A stretch of 64,000 bases of DNA, from IMG/VR virus record IMGVR_UViG_3300042973_000021, positions 1-64,000 of that record; one strand, written 5' to 3'. Source of the DNA: a virus. Lineage: Duplodnaviria; Caudoviricetes. Position numbers and translations under genes: made by a program. Below, in pieces: positions 1 through 9,259 of this stretch (its first letter is position 1; every line of letters begins with the position of its first letter). The notes below the pieces were generated by a model, which saw nothing but the letters and a program-made list of their open reading frames with translations, made no database searches and was not told the DNA's origin.

Positions 1-820
1 CTATATCATTTCTTCAATCTTCACACCTGACTTAAACTCCACCTCAATCCTGTCATCGCGGATCGTAACTTTTTCAATAAGCCGCCTTACCAACTGCTCA
101 TCATACTCCTCTAACTCGTGAGACTGTTCATTTAAGAAAGCAGTCATTTCAGCGATTCGTTGCCTTTTTCCTTCACGCTCGGCATTTTCTACAAGTGAAT
201 TTTGCTTCATCTCCCGAAGGCGGTATATCTCATCAGCAACATTATCGTAGTCATTTTTTGACTTTGCCTGTTTAAGAAGCTCTATCTGCAATTCTTCCAA
301 CTTGCTATCAAGCTCATCCGTATCATTATCACTTTCTTCATTAAATATAGTGTCGATATTTTTCTGTAATGTTGAAAGGAAAGGTTCTTTGTTAGCCAAA
401 AGTTCGTTAATAGCCCTGACCACTGCTGTCTGTAATGTTTCCTCGTTTATGGTAGGGGCAGTGCATTCAGACCCTTTTTCCTCCAATCGGCTAACGCATC
501 TCCAGACAATAGACTTATAGCCTCGGTTATTCCAATGTACCCGTCGGTAAATATCGCCGCAATGACCGCAATAAACAATACTCGATAAAGCATACTTGCT
601 GCTATAAACTCTCTTTTTACCGCCTTTCCCGCCACGAAGATTCGCTCTCCGAACCATCTCTTCTTGAACCTGCATAAAAAGCTCACGTGGAATGATAGGC
701 TCATGGCTGTTTTCCACATAATACTGGGGAACAATGCCGTTATTCTTGACTCGTTTTTTAGAAAGGAAATCAACCGTATATGTTTTTTGTAGAAGGGCAT
801 CACCGATGTACTTTTCATTC
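1..820 (-). pseudogene. 3' half of outer-prophage large serine recombinase, split by insertion of the inner prophage
   Basis: Translation begins NEKYIGDALLQKTYT and contains the Zn ribbon (CGHCG...WRC), coiled coil and C-terminal VEFKSG of LSRs. It lacks the catalytic N-terminus, which lies at 59341..60092 and joins in frame. Confidence 0.95.
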
Positions 821-845
821 ATAAGACTGTCAGTTTTGATACAAT
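795..845. other. Left attachment junction of inner prophage
   Basis: LSR coding sequence ends at ...cttttcaTTC (818-820), followed by arm taagactgtcagttttgatacaat (822-845), an imperfect inverted repeat of 59312-59335. Confidence 0.9.
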
Positions 846-939
846 GTAACGATGAAACTTTCGAGGTCAAAAAAAGTTTCATCGTGTGATTGTGGTTTCA
901 TCGTTTACGAGTGCTGTAATTTCGGTCTTTTTCGGGCAT

Positions 940-972
940 AAAATGAGCCGGGGTTTCATTTTTCCCCGGCTT
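940..972 (-). terminator. Intrinsic terminator after LSR1
   Basis: Stem AGCCGGGG (946-953)/CCCCGGCT (964-971), followed by a T-rich tract on the minus strand. Confidence 0.6.
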
Positions 973-991
973 AATTCATCCCGTTCAGTTT

Positions 992-2557
992 TCAGACAGT
1001 AATCTCCGTCCCGCCTTTGAAGGTAAAGATGACCTTCTTGTCTTTCATCACGGTGACGTGATCGACCAGGCTGCTCCAGAGGTTCTCGTCAAATTCGGAG
1101 ACCACGCCGTCAAGGTTCTGCAGCTCTTGGATAAATTCCTCCATCTGCTTGTCGTTTGCCTTGACGGCGGCTATTCGGTCTGACAGCTCGTCATGCAGTT
1201 TCTTCTGCTCATCGTAGCGGCTGACGAGGCCGTTGTACTTCTCGGCGTAGGCATTCTGGTCCTGCGCCTTGTGCGCGTTCTCGGAAACCGCCTCCTGCAC
1301 CATTTCGGCAAGCAGTGCCATCTCCGTTTCAGCTTCCGTCAGCTGCGTCTCAAGCTCCGAAGTATCGGACACCGCTTCCCGCAAAATCGTCAGGTTTTCG
1401 ATGACCTCGTCCTTGTCGGAAAGCAGTTCACCCAGCGCCTTGACGAACAGCTCTTTAATCTCGTCCTCGGTCAGATGCGGCGTTTCGCACTTCTTTCCTT
1501 TGTACTTGTGGTTGCAGCGCCAGATGACCCGGCGGTACTTGTCCGTGCTGTGCCACACCTTTGAGCCGTAGTACCCGCCGCATTCTCCGCAGATAATCTT
1601 CGAGGAGAAAATGCTCACGCCGCTGTAGTGCTTGCCCTTGCGGCGCTGCACCTCGGCCTGCACCAGCTCCCATGTCCGCTTGTCGATTATTCCATCGTGG
1701 TCATCTTCAACCAGATACTGCGGAATCTCGCCGTTATTTTTAATCTGCTTTTTCGTCAGGAACGACTCGGTGTATTTCTTTTGAAGAAGGGCATTCCCGC
1801 ACATTTTCTCATTTTGCAGGATGTACATGATGTTGTAGGTGTTCCACATGTCCTTGCCCATCGGGCTTTTGACGCCTTTGTCGTACAGGGTATTCGCAAT
1901 GGCCTGAGCGGAATAGCCCTCAAGGAAGAGCTTGTAGATGAGCCTTATGACCTCCGCCTGCTCCGGATTGATGACCGGCTTTCCGTCCTCGCCCTTGTCG
2001 TAGCCGTAGAAGCTTTTCCAAGGCAGGCTGTAGTTGCCGTCCGCAAACGCCTTGCGTCTGCCCCAGGTGGTGTTCTCGGAAATGCTCCGGGATTCTTCCT
2101 GCGCGAGGCTCGACATGATGGTGATAAGCAATTCGCCGCGGGCGTCAAAGGTCCAGATGTTCTCCTTTTCGAAGAAAACCTCCGTGCCGTTTTCCTTCAG
2201 TTTTCGGATTGCCGTAAGTGAATCGACCGTATTCCGGGCAAATCTTGAGATGCTCTTCGTGATGATGAGGTCAATCTTTCCGGCCAGCGCATCGTCAATC
2301 ATGGCGTTGAATCCGGCGCGGTGCTTGGTGGACGTTGCTGAGATGCCTTCGTCCGAGTACATCTTCACGAACTCCCAGTCGTCACGCGAGGCGATGTACT
2401 TGCTGTAGTAATCCATCTGCGCCTCGTAACTCGTCTGCTGTTCCTCGTTGTCCGTTGAAACTCGGGCATAGCCAGCGACCCGGCGCTTCTTCACAGAGCC
2501 AAGCGGCTCCGCCGTCACCCGGCTGATGGTAGCCGGGATTTTCTTTACTTTTGCCAT
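992..2557 (-). CDS. Large serine recombinase (integrase) LSR1
   Basis: YARVST catalytic motif, [10 protein letters not shown], recombinase domain, CGECG Zn ribbon, coiled coil. Adjacent to the att junction. Confidence 0.95.
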   Translation of the reverse strand: MAKVKKIPATISRVTAEPLGSVKKRRVAGYARVSTDNEEQQTSYEAQMDYYSKYIASRDDWEFVKMYSDEGISATSTKHRAGFNAMIDDALAGKIDLIITKSISRFARNTVDSLTAIRKLKENGTEVFFEKENIWTFDARGELLITIMSSLAQEESRSISENTTWGRRKAFADGNYSLPWKSFYGYDKGEDGKPVINPEQAEVIRLIYKLFLEGYSAQAIANTLYDKGVKSPMGKDMWNTYNIMYILQNEKMCGNALLQKKYTESFLTKKQIKNNGEIPQYLVEDDHDGIIDKRTWELVQAEVQRRKGKHYSGVSIFSSKIICGECGGYYGSKVWHSTDKYRRVIWRCNHKYKGKKCETPHLTEDEIKELFVKALGELLSDKDEVIENLTILREAVSDTSELETQLTEAETEMALLAEMVQEAVSENAHKAQDQNAYAEKYNGLVSRYDEQKKLHDELSDRIAAVKANDKQMEEFIQELQNLDGVVSEFDENLWSSLVDHVTVMKDKKVIFTFKGGTEITV

Positions 2558-3765
2558 TTAATCTTCCTCCCGTCCTTAAACTCGAATTCAAGATGATCCT
2601 TGTAAATCCGGAGTTCCTTTATTTCAGCCGTAAACTTGTCTTCGTAATTCTCCTGCCCGAGTACTTCTGCGCAGGCAGCGTCCAGTTTGCTCTTGGCGTA
2701 CCACGGATTGTCGCAGGCATCCTTGCCGTTGGCGTGACGGTTGTTGCAGACGAATGTATACCGCTTTCTTCGGTTGCCCCTGTTGTAAGCTGTGTGCGGT
2801 GCCATCCTGTATCCGCACTCGCCGCAGACGACCTTTCCCAAGAAGCAGGCGCATTCCTCGCTGCGCTGTGTGTTTTTTTTCTTCCGCTCCGCTCTGAGCT
2901 TCTGCACCAGCTCGAATGTCTCAGATGAGATAATCGGCTCGTGATGATTTTCAATCCGGTACATTGCCTTTTCGCCGTGATTGTATTTTTCCTTCTTCGG
3001 CGCGTAGGTATACTGCTTGTGGAAAAGCATGGAACCGGTGTATTCCTCATTTGTCAGCACCCGTATGATTCCGGGAGTAGAGACTGGCTTGCCGCGAAGT
3101 CCGATGAAACCTTCTGCTGCAAGCTCCCTCTGAATGCAGCCGACCGTCTTGCCGTCAATGTAGTCGCTGTAGATCCGGCGGACAACTTCTGCTTCATCCT
3201 CTTTGATGATGAGGTCGTCACCCCTCCAGCGGTAGCCGAGCATGTTCTGGTGCGTATGAACGATGCCGTTCTCGTATTTCTTCTTGATCACCCACTTGAT
3301 GTTCCGCGACAGGCTGCTGCTTTCAGCTTCGGCGAATGACGCGAGGATTGTAAGCATCAGCTCTCCGTCGCCCGACATGGTATTGATGTTCTCGCGTTCG
3401 AAGCGCACCTCAACGCCGATTTCTTTCAGATGCCGAACCGTATCCAGAAGGTCGACGGTATTCCGGGCAAACCGGCTGATGCTCTTGGTCAGCACAATGT
3501 CGATTTTCCCAGCGTCGCAGTCAGCGACCATTCTCTGGAATTCCTTTCTTGCGTCGACGCTCGTGCCCGTGATTCCGGCGTCCGCGTAAACGCCTGCGTA
3601 TTCCCATTCCGGATTGCTCTGAATGAGATTGCTGTAGTAGCTTATCTGAGCCGAAAGGGAATGCATGAGCTGATCTGTCGCTTTAGAGACGCGAGCGTAA
3701 GCTGCGACCTTTTTCCTCGGTCTGACGGCCTGCTCCGACGCCTCAATTTTCTTGATTTTTGGCAT
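2545..3765 (-). CDS. Second serine recombinase LSR2 (406 aa, coiled coil apparently absent)
   Basis: [15 protein letters not shown] and CGECG motifs. The region after the Zn ribbon is short. Confidence 0.9.
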   Translation of the reverse strand: MPKIKKIEASEQAVRPRKKVAAYARVSKATDQLMHSLSAQISYYSNLIQSNPEWEYAGVYADAGITGTSVDARKEFQRMVADCDAGKIDIVLTKSISRFARNTVDLLDTVRHLKEIGVEVRFERENINTMSGDGELMLTILASFAEAESSSLSRNIKWVIKKKYENGIVHTHQNMLGYRWRGDDLIIKEDEAEVVRRIYSDYIDGKTVGCIQRELAAEGFIGLRGKPVSTPGIIRVLTNEEYTGSMLFHKQYTYAPKKEKYNHGEKAMYRIENHHEPIISSETFELVQKLRAERKKKNTQRSEECACFLGKVVCGECGYRMAPHTAYNRGNRRKRYTFVCNNRHANGKDACDNPWYAKSKLDAACAEVLGQENYEDKFTAEIKELRIYKDHLEFEFKDGRKIKWQK

Positions 3766-3801
3766 GTTTCAGCCCTCCTTTCAGCTACCATACATCACTC
3801 T

Positions 3802-3987
3802 TTAGCCCCTGTAAGTCAAGCGAATGTCGGAGAATAATGTGCCGAAAACAGGCTGGTATTTCTCCTGCATTTTTGTATCAAATATGCCATACTGCTCCTC
3901 GGTGATAAGACCTTCCGAGAGCATCTTTCTGGCGTGGCTCATCGTGACTTCGTAGAGCTTTTCCCTTTTCATTTCTTCCTCCGTCAA
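3802..3987 (-). CDS. Small SHOCT-like protein upstream of the recombinases
   Basis: 61 aa, ..KMLSEGLITEEQY.. motif. Homologous to 62128..62358 (KMLEKGLITEVEF) in the outer prophage. Confidence 0.7.
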   Translation of the reverse strand: MTEEEMKREKLYEVTMSHARKMLSEGLITEEQYGIFDTKMQEKYQPVFGTLFSDIRLTYRG

Positions 3988-4391
3988 CGGTACTCACCTC
4001 CGAACCGATCCTCGATGTAGCACTCGTGGCAGCAGTATTTCCGACCGGCGCTCTCATATGCCTTGAATGGCTTATGGCAGTAGGCGCATTCATACGTCCG
4101 CATGGATTTGCGGTTCACCTCGGCGAGATGTTTGTTCCAGTATTTGCTCCGGCAGGTGTCCGAGCAGAACTTCTTCTCCTTGCGTCCGGGATTCTGTATG
4201 ACCTCTTTTCCGCAGAACAGGCAGTGACGGATATCCTGCTTCTCCGCATTGGTTCGCTTTCTCATCAGTCCATTACGGCGGCAGTACGACTTCACCGTTC
4301 CTTCCGATACTCCGATTTCATTCGCAATATCAACGTAGCTGTATCCGTCGTCACGCATGGCCGCTATTTTCATTTTCTGTTCATTCGTCAT
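3984..4391 (-). CDS. HTH plus double Zn-finger protein (candidate regulator or recombination directionality factor)
   Basis: HTH (SYVDIANEIGVSEGTVKSYCRR) and CxxC pairs (CLFC..CSDTC, CAYC..CCHEC). GGAGG RBS before ATG 4391. Confidence 0.75.
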   Translation of the reverse strand: MTNEQKMKIAAMRDDGYSYVDIANEIGVSEGTVKSYCRRNGLMRKRTNAEKQDIRHCLFCGKEVIQNPGRKEKKFCSDTCRSKYWNKHLAEVNRKSMRTYECAYCHKPFKAYESAGRKYCCHECYIEDRFGGEYR

Positions 4392-4431
4392 CGTTTGACC
4401 TCCTAACCGTCTGAGGGTTCTCCCCTTCACC

Positions 4432-4464
4432 GGCTATGTAGCCAAACCGCCTGTTTTTCCGGTC
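4432..4464 (-). promoter_or_regulatory. Phage-specific promoter-like motif, copy 1 (GACCGGAAAA-N7-GTTTGGCTACATAGCC)
   Basis: Same 10-bp and 16-bp boxes and same spacing at 33712-33744 and 33838-33870. Confidence 0.75.
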
Positions 4465-4471
4465 GCAGAGC

Positions 4472-4520
4472 AAAAAAATAGGCCCACCGACAATCCTGAT
4501 AAGGGAATGCCAGTGGGCTA
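4472..4520 (-). terminator. Intrinsic terminator after endolysin
   Basis: GCCCAC/GTGGGC stem followed by a T7 tract on the minus strand. Confidence 0.65.
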
Positions 4521-4535
4521 TAAGATGTGATGAGG

Positions 4536-5495
4536 TTATTTCACGCGAATCCGCCATCCAACCTGGATGAGATTCACGTTCTTGATAAGCGAGCTGTTCA
4601 GCTTCTGGATCGCGGACACAGACGTGCCGTATTTCTTCGCGATGCCGGAGAGCGTGTCACCTCGCTGAACCGTGTAGTAGGTTGCCGTCGTCTTCTTGGC
4701 AGCAGATCCGAGCTTCTCGTTGACCTTCGCCTGCACGGCGCTGTAGTCGTATCCGGCTGCGGTCAGGCGGTTCTTACGGTCGGAGCCGTTGCCCCATTTC
4801 CCGGCGATAACCTCTGAAGCAATCTCATCAACGGACTTCTTCGCGGTTGTGGTCGTCGTGCTGGTGGACGCGGTTCCTTTGCCGTAGCCGTTGAATCCGC
4901 CGCTCCTGATCGTCGCCGGAAAGTCGATGTAGGAGTAGTCCATATCGACGTTCCCGCCGATACCGCTGACCTTGCCTTTGGACGAATACTGCCAGATTCC
5001 GTAAGCGCCGGAGTAGCTGCACTTGCCAGACCACTGCGCCACCCAGACGGTGAAACGCTTCTTCACGGCGTCCGATACCACGGAGTTCAGGCTGGAAAGC
5101 GAGGTGTAGAAACCAGCGTAAAAACCGCGGCTCTCAAGCTCCATGCAGAATGCCGTGATGAGGCTTGAGCAGAAATCCCGTCCCTTGGAAAGCTGCGACT
5201 TCTCCTCGATGTCGAAATAGACCGGATAATCGAGCTGCTTGCCGGAGAGAACCTTGGCGCAAGCCCGCGCTTCCTGCTTCGCTCCGGCGGCGGACGTGGC
5301 GTAGCTGTACCAGTACGCTCCGACGTGAAGCCCTACGGCCTTCGCCTTGCTGTAGTTGCTGTCGAAATACTTGTCCTTGTTTCCGTTTCCGTATCCGGCG
5401 CGGATGATCACGAAATCAATGCCGGATGATTTGACCTTGGCAAAGTCGATATTGTTTCCCTGCCAGACGGATACGTCGATTCCTTTGTATGCCAT
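4536..5495 (-). CDS. Endolysin: GH25 muramidase + Cpl-7-like repeat + LysM
   Basis: [15 protein letters not shown] and VDMD motifs, Thr-rich linker, [13 protein letters not shown] repeat, [13 protein letters not shown] LysM. Confidence 0.92.
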   Translation of the reverse strand: MAYKGIDVSVWQGNNIDFAKVKSSGIDFVIIRAGYGNGNKDKYFDSNYSKAKAVGLHVGAYWYSYATSAAGAKQEARACAKVLSGKQLDYPVYFDIEEKSQLSKGRDFCSSLITAFCMELESRGFYAGFYTSLSSLNSVVSDAVKKRFTVWVAQWSGKCSYSGAYGIWQYSSKGKVSGIGGNVDMDYSYIDFPATIRSGGFNGYGKGTASTSTTTTTAKKSVDEIASEVIAGKWGNGSDRKNRLTAAGYDYSAVQAKVNEKLGSAAKKTTATYYTVQRGDTLSGIAKKYGTSVSAIQKLNSSLIKNVNLIQVGWRIRVK

Positions 5496-5911
5496 TACTG
5501 TTCCTCCTTGTCGTTTCTGTCGTGAAGCTGTTCCAGCACATCTTTGAGCTTGCCGGGTATCGGCAGCCCGAGATGCGCCGCGTTCTCGGTCAGGGACAAG
5601 CCCTCATTACTGATATAGAAAAAGATGATTGCTGTTCTCAGCACGCCCTCGTGGCCGAGTACGTGGATGTCGAGAATATTGGCGATGCCGACCAGAATGA
5701 AGATCAGCACTTTGCGGCAGATGCCCTTGAATCCAACCGCGCTCGAGAGCTTCTTGTCCGCGATGGCGCAGAGCACGCCGGTGATGTAGTCGCAGACCAC
5801 GAAGATGATCAGCGCGATCAGCAGTCCGTCACATCCTCCTAAGAAGTAGCCCAGCCATCCGCCGACTGCGGCGAAGATGAGCTGTATGGTGTTCCAGAAT
5901 TCCTTCATCAA
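5495..5911 (-). CDS. Phage holin (toxin secretion/phage lysis holin family)
   Basis: Transmembrane segments, DYITG and [10 protein letters not shown] motifs. Adjacent to the endolysin. Confidence 0.9.
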   Translation of the reverse strand: MMKEFWNTIQLIFAAVGGWLGYFLGGCDGLLIALIIFVVCDYITGVLCAIADKKLSSAVGFKGICRKVLIFILVGIANILDIHVLGHEGVLRTAIIFFYISNEGLSLTENAAHLGLPIPGKLKDVLEQLHDRNDKEEQ

Positions 5912-5994
5912 TATGTCCCTCCTTTGATTTTGGGTAAAAATAAAGGCCGCCAGCTTTGTGCTGACAGCCTTGGAAAACTGTGTGATCTATGAAG

Positions 5995-8475
5995 TTATGA
6001 AGTGTCGGTCTGTTTCGGCAATGCCTCCCAGAGCCTTAAATCCTCCTGTCCGAGCGACCAGATCGCGATTCCGCGGAGTCCCCAGTGGTACGCTGCCTGA
6101 TTCGCCCAGTAGACGAGCGAGTCCACGTCCTGATAGTAGAGGATGGAAAATCCGTCCGCGTCGCCGAGGAAGAGCCGCGATATCCAGATGTCGATGTCCT
6201 TCGGCGTGACCGTAATCGTATAGTCGTTTCCGCATTCGAGGTCGAGCTGCGCGGAGTGGTAGAACTCGTAGTCCATTGAAATGGAGTCGGACCTTGTCGC
6301 GGATTCCTCAATATCCGCAGTCAGCGTGAACACCTGAAACTCCTCGTCCCAGGTGACGTTGCTTCGACTGATTCTGCCGTACTGTGTAACCGAACCGTCC
6401 GGGAAGGTGACATCGAACCGCTCATAAGGCTCATAGGTCCATGCGTCGCCCATACGGAGCAGTTCACAGACTGTTCTCTGGTCGGACTGGTATCCTGCGG
6501 TTCCTCCTGAGAATCCGCTGACCGTCGTCGTGAACCTGAGCGCGTTGGACGCGCCGGAATAGACGCGCACGGTACTGCCTCTGATCCGCATTTCGATGGT
6601 GTAGGTTGTCGGATCAGTTCTCAGATCGGATGATGGCGTCTGCTGAATCGGCTGCGAGTAGCTGCCGAGCTTGGTGCTCCCGTTCCACAGCTCCACGGCC
6701 TGACTGTTGTAGTTCAGGCAGCAGAAAAGACTGCCGCAGAAGATTCCCGCCTTGCCGGTGCTTCCTGCCGGAAACGCGAGACGCGCCCGAAGGTGGATGT
6801 CCTTGAATCCGTCGTAGTTCCACGCAAACTGTCCGCTGCCGTCAAGCTGTGAATAAACGCGGTTCTCGGAATATTCATCCGAACGCCAGACCTTCCACGA
6901 GCCGGATATGATGTTCCAGTACCCGGTGTCGAGCATGCCGTAGTCCTCGAAATCCTCGTACCAGATGAGCGCGGAGTCAGGCTTGCGGCGCAGGACCTCG
7001 GTTGTGAGCTTGAAGCCCTTGTCCGGCTGGCATTCGTTCCCGTCCACGTCGATAAAGTGGCGCGGAGAAAGCATGAATGAAGCAGCTCCGGCGGACGGTT
7101 CCTCACTGAAAGTAGAACAGACACGGAACCCGTAGAACTGCACGCCTTTCACATCAACTGAAACCGTGATTGTGTGTGTTCCGACTGACAGAGATATACC
7201 ATCGGCAAGACTTGCCCAGAAGGTACTGCGCCAGTACGGCCACCAGAGCCGCGACTCGGTGAAATGCTTCTGCGTTCCGTCAATCGACACATAGATGCCG
7301 TTCTTGTCCCAGAAGGGATAGCAGAGCCGGACGGCGATATCATAGGTTCCAGCACTTGAAACCGAAAAGCTGTAGGTTGCTTCGCCCTTGTCGCCCATGA
7401 CCGCGATGCCGTTCTCTGAGGAGACAATGCCAGTGTAGCTATCCGGCGTTCCGTCATGATCCACGTAAATCGTGCCAAACGACGTCTTCTGCGTTTTGCT
7501 GTAGGCGGTGAGGTACCTGCGCCGGTTGTATGTTCCGTCCATCAGCGGATAGTCGTAGCTCGAAGCGTCCTGCCCTTCCGCAAAGTCGTAGACCTGAGGA
7601 AAGGCGTAAGGCACATTGTTGTAGTCGTCCCAGTACGCGAGGATCGGAATGAACGGCTGCGGTGCGGCGTCGTCCGTGAAGTTGTATTTGCCCGTCATCC
7701 AGTTTTTTGCGGCGTAGTAGGTGTTGGACGTTCCGCGATAGCTCTTGCCGAGGTTCTCCGGCGTATCGTAAATCTGCCAGTTCCAGCCGTAAGCCGGAAG
7801 TCCCATGAACACCTTGTCCGGCTTCATCGCGGTGACCACGTAATCGTATATGCCGTCAAGCCAGTCCTTCGGAGAGACAGGCCCCGGAGCGCTTCCGGCC
7901 CACGCCATTCCATAACTCATTATGGCCGCGGTATTGCAGTATGGGTTCAGGTCGGCATATACGCACCAGTTCTCTCCGCCGACCGAGCCGTTGACAGAGT
8001 TCATTCCGGGAAGACAGATGTTGACCTTCTTCGAAGAATCGTAGTCTTTGACTGCGTTCCAGATGTTGCGGAACATGGCTGTGGATTTTGCGTGCGTGGA
8101 GTAATCGCCACCTCGCTCAAGGTCGATGTCGACTCCAGCGCACCACGGATACTTCTCCATGATCCGCACCAGCTCGGTGAGGAACTTATCCTGCGCTCCG
8201 TCGGTATTCTCCCGGAGAGCTGTGAAGACGCTTGATGTGCCGTCGTTGCGGACCGTTAGCAGCCATGTGATGTGCGGATACTTATTGATATACGTCAGCA
8301 TGTCGCTGATGGCCACGCCGGATTCGGTTATCGTTCCGGTCGCGTCGACCTTAAAAGAAAAGAGACCTACCTGCGAGAGGCGGTCTCCGTAATTCTTCAG
8401 CGCGGTGTACATGCGGGCATTTCCCATGAACGTCCAGACCATGCACTTGCGGCCTTTGAGAATATCCAGACTCAT
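5995..8475 (-). CDS. GH18 glycoside hydrolase with inserted beta-sandwich domains (probably tail-associated)
   Basis: GVDIDLE (DxDxE) catalytic motif, IMSY, MGLPAYG and C-terminal GIAIWSLGQED. Confidence 0.85.
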   Translation of the reverse strand: MSLDILKGRKCMVWTFMGNARMYTALKNYGDRLSQVGLFSFKVDATGTITESGVAISDMLTYINKYPHITWLLTVRNDGTSSVFTALRENTDGAQDKFLTELVRIMEKYPWCAGVDIDLERGGDYSTHAKSTAMFRNIWNAVKDYDSSKKVNICLPGMNSVNGSVGGENWCVYADLNPYCNTAAIMSYGMAWAGSAPGPVSPKDWLDGIYDYVVTAMKPDKVFMGLPAYGWNWQIYDTPENLGKSYRGTSNTYYAAKNWMTGKYNFTDDAAPQPFIPILAYWDDYNNVPYAFPQVYDFAEGQDASSYDYPLMDGTYNRRRYLTAYSKTQKTSFGTIYVDHDGTPDSYTGIVSSENGIAVMGDKGEATYSFSVSSAGTYDIAVRLCYPFWDKNGIYVSIDGTQKHFTESRLWWPYWRSTFWASLADGISLSVGTHTITVSVDVKGVQFYGFRVCSTFSEEPSAGAASFMLSPRHFIDVDGNECQPDKGFKLTTEVLRRKPDSALIWYEDFEDYGMLDTGYWNIISGSWKVWRSDEYSENRVYSQLDGSGQFAWNYDGFKDIHLRARLAFPAGSTGKAGIFCGSLFCCLNYNSQAVELWNGSTKLGSYSQPIQQTPSSDLRTDPTTYTIEMRIRGSTVRVYSGASNALRFTTTVSGFSGGTAGYQSDQRTVCELLRMGDAWTYEPYERFDVTFPDGSVTQYGRISRSNVTWDEEFQVFTLTADIEESATRSDSISMDYEFYHSAQLDLECGNDYTITVTPKDIDIWISRLFLGDADGFSILYYQDVDSLVYWANQAAYHWGLRGIAIWSLGQEDLRLWEALPKQTDTS

Positions 8476-9053
8476 ATCACATCACCATCCTCCATCTCCT
8501 GAAACTCCACATACAGCCGTGCCGACTTCTTCTCCTCGACAGTCACCGGGTGCTTGCTGTCGCCCGCGGCGGAGTACTGGAAGAAGCCGTCTTTGTTTGT
8601 GGCAGTTCCGTTTTTCAGGCACTTTCGGCTTGAAGCGAGAATGTCAAGTTCGTCGCCAGCTTTCGCGGAATCCGTGAATGTTGCCTTGTGCGCTCCGGCA
8701 CCGAGGGCAAGTGAAACGCTCCCGGCTTTCATGTTTTGATTCGGATAAATCTTCCAGTCAAGTCCGGTCGATGTCTTGCCGAGGTTGAAGATGATGCAGG
8801 TCGCGCTGCCGCGTACGATGCCGTTGAAGAACCGTTTTCCCGTGACTGCGTATTCGTCGCCGGTAGCGTACTTCTTTTGCGTTGTCTCGGTGTTAACGAC
8901 ATACCCGGACAGCATTGCGCCTTCCTGCAGCATGAGGTCGGTGAACCAGACGGTTCCAGTGCAGTTGGCGACCATCAGCTTGACAGTGACGCTGACAACT
9001 CGTTTCTTTTCCTTCTTATCAATCGTTTCTGTAAAGCGTGTGAATATCAGCAT
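8472..9053 (-). CDS. Hypothetical tail-region protein
   Basis: 193 aa from ATG 9053. N-terminus is paralogous to 9055..9249. Confidence 0.7.
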   Translation of the reverse strand: MLIFTRFTETIDKKEKKRVVSVTVKLMVANCTGTVWFTDLMLQEGAMLSGYVVNTETTQKKYATGDEYAVTGKRFFNGIVRGSATCIIFNLGKTSTGLDWKIYPNQNMKAGSVSLALGAGAHKATFTDSAKAGDELDILASSRKCLKNGTATNKDGFFQYSAAGDSKHPVTVEEKKSARLYVEFQEMEDGDVI

Positions 9054-9054
9054 A

Positions 9055-9249
9055 TCAGTCACCGTCCTGCGTCCACTGAATCTCTGAAACGTGTCCCACC
9101 CAGCCGGTCGCAATGGAGCCGCCCTGCAGGAACATGTCGGTTATGTATATCGTGCCTGTGCAGTCGGTCACGCAGACGCGAATGCGGATCTTCTTGACTC
9201 GCCCGTTCTGAGGGCTGACCGCTTGTGCAACATGAGTAAAACTCGCCAT
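9055..9249 (-). CDS. Small tail-region protein (half of a CBM-like beta sandwich)
   Basis: 64 aa, GGAGG RBS, CTGTIYITDMFLQGG motif. Confidence 0.7.
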   Translation of the reverse strand: MASFTHVAQAVSPQNGRVKKIRIRVCVTDCTGTIYITDMFLQGGSIATGWVGHVSEIQWTQDGD

Positions 9250-9259
9250 AGCAGCCTCC

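Noticed and set aside
821-882. N-terminal extension making 1..882 look like an intact gene
   Set aside because: The extension is att-arm DNA read in frame. The true N-terminus is at 59341..60092.
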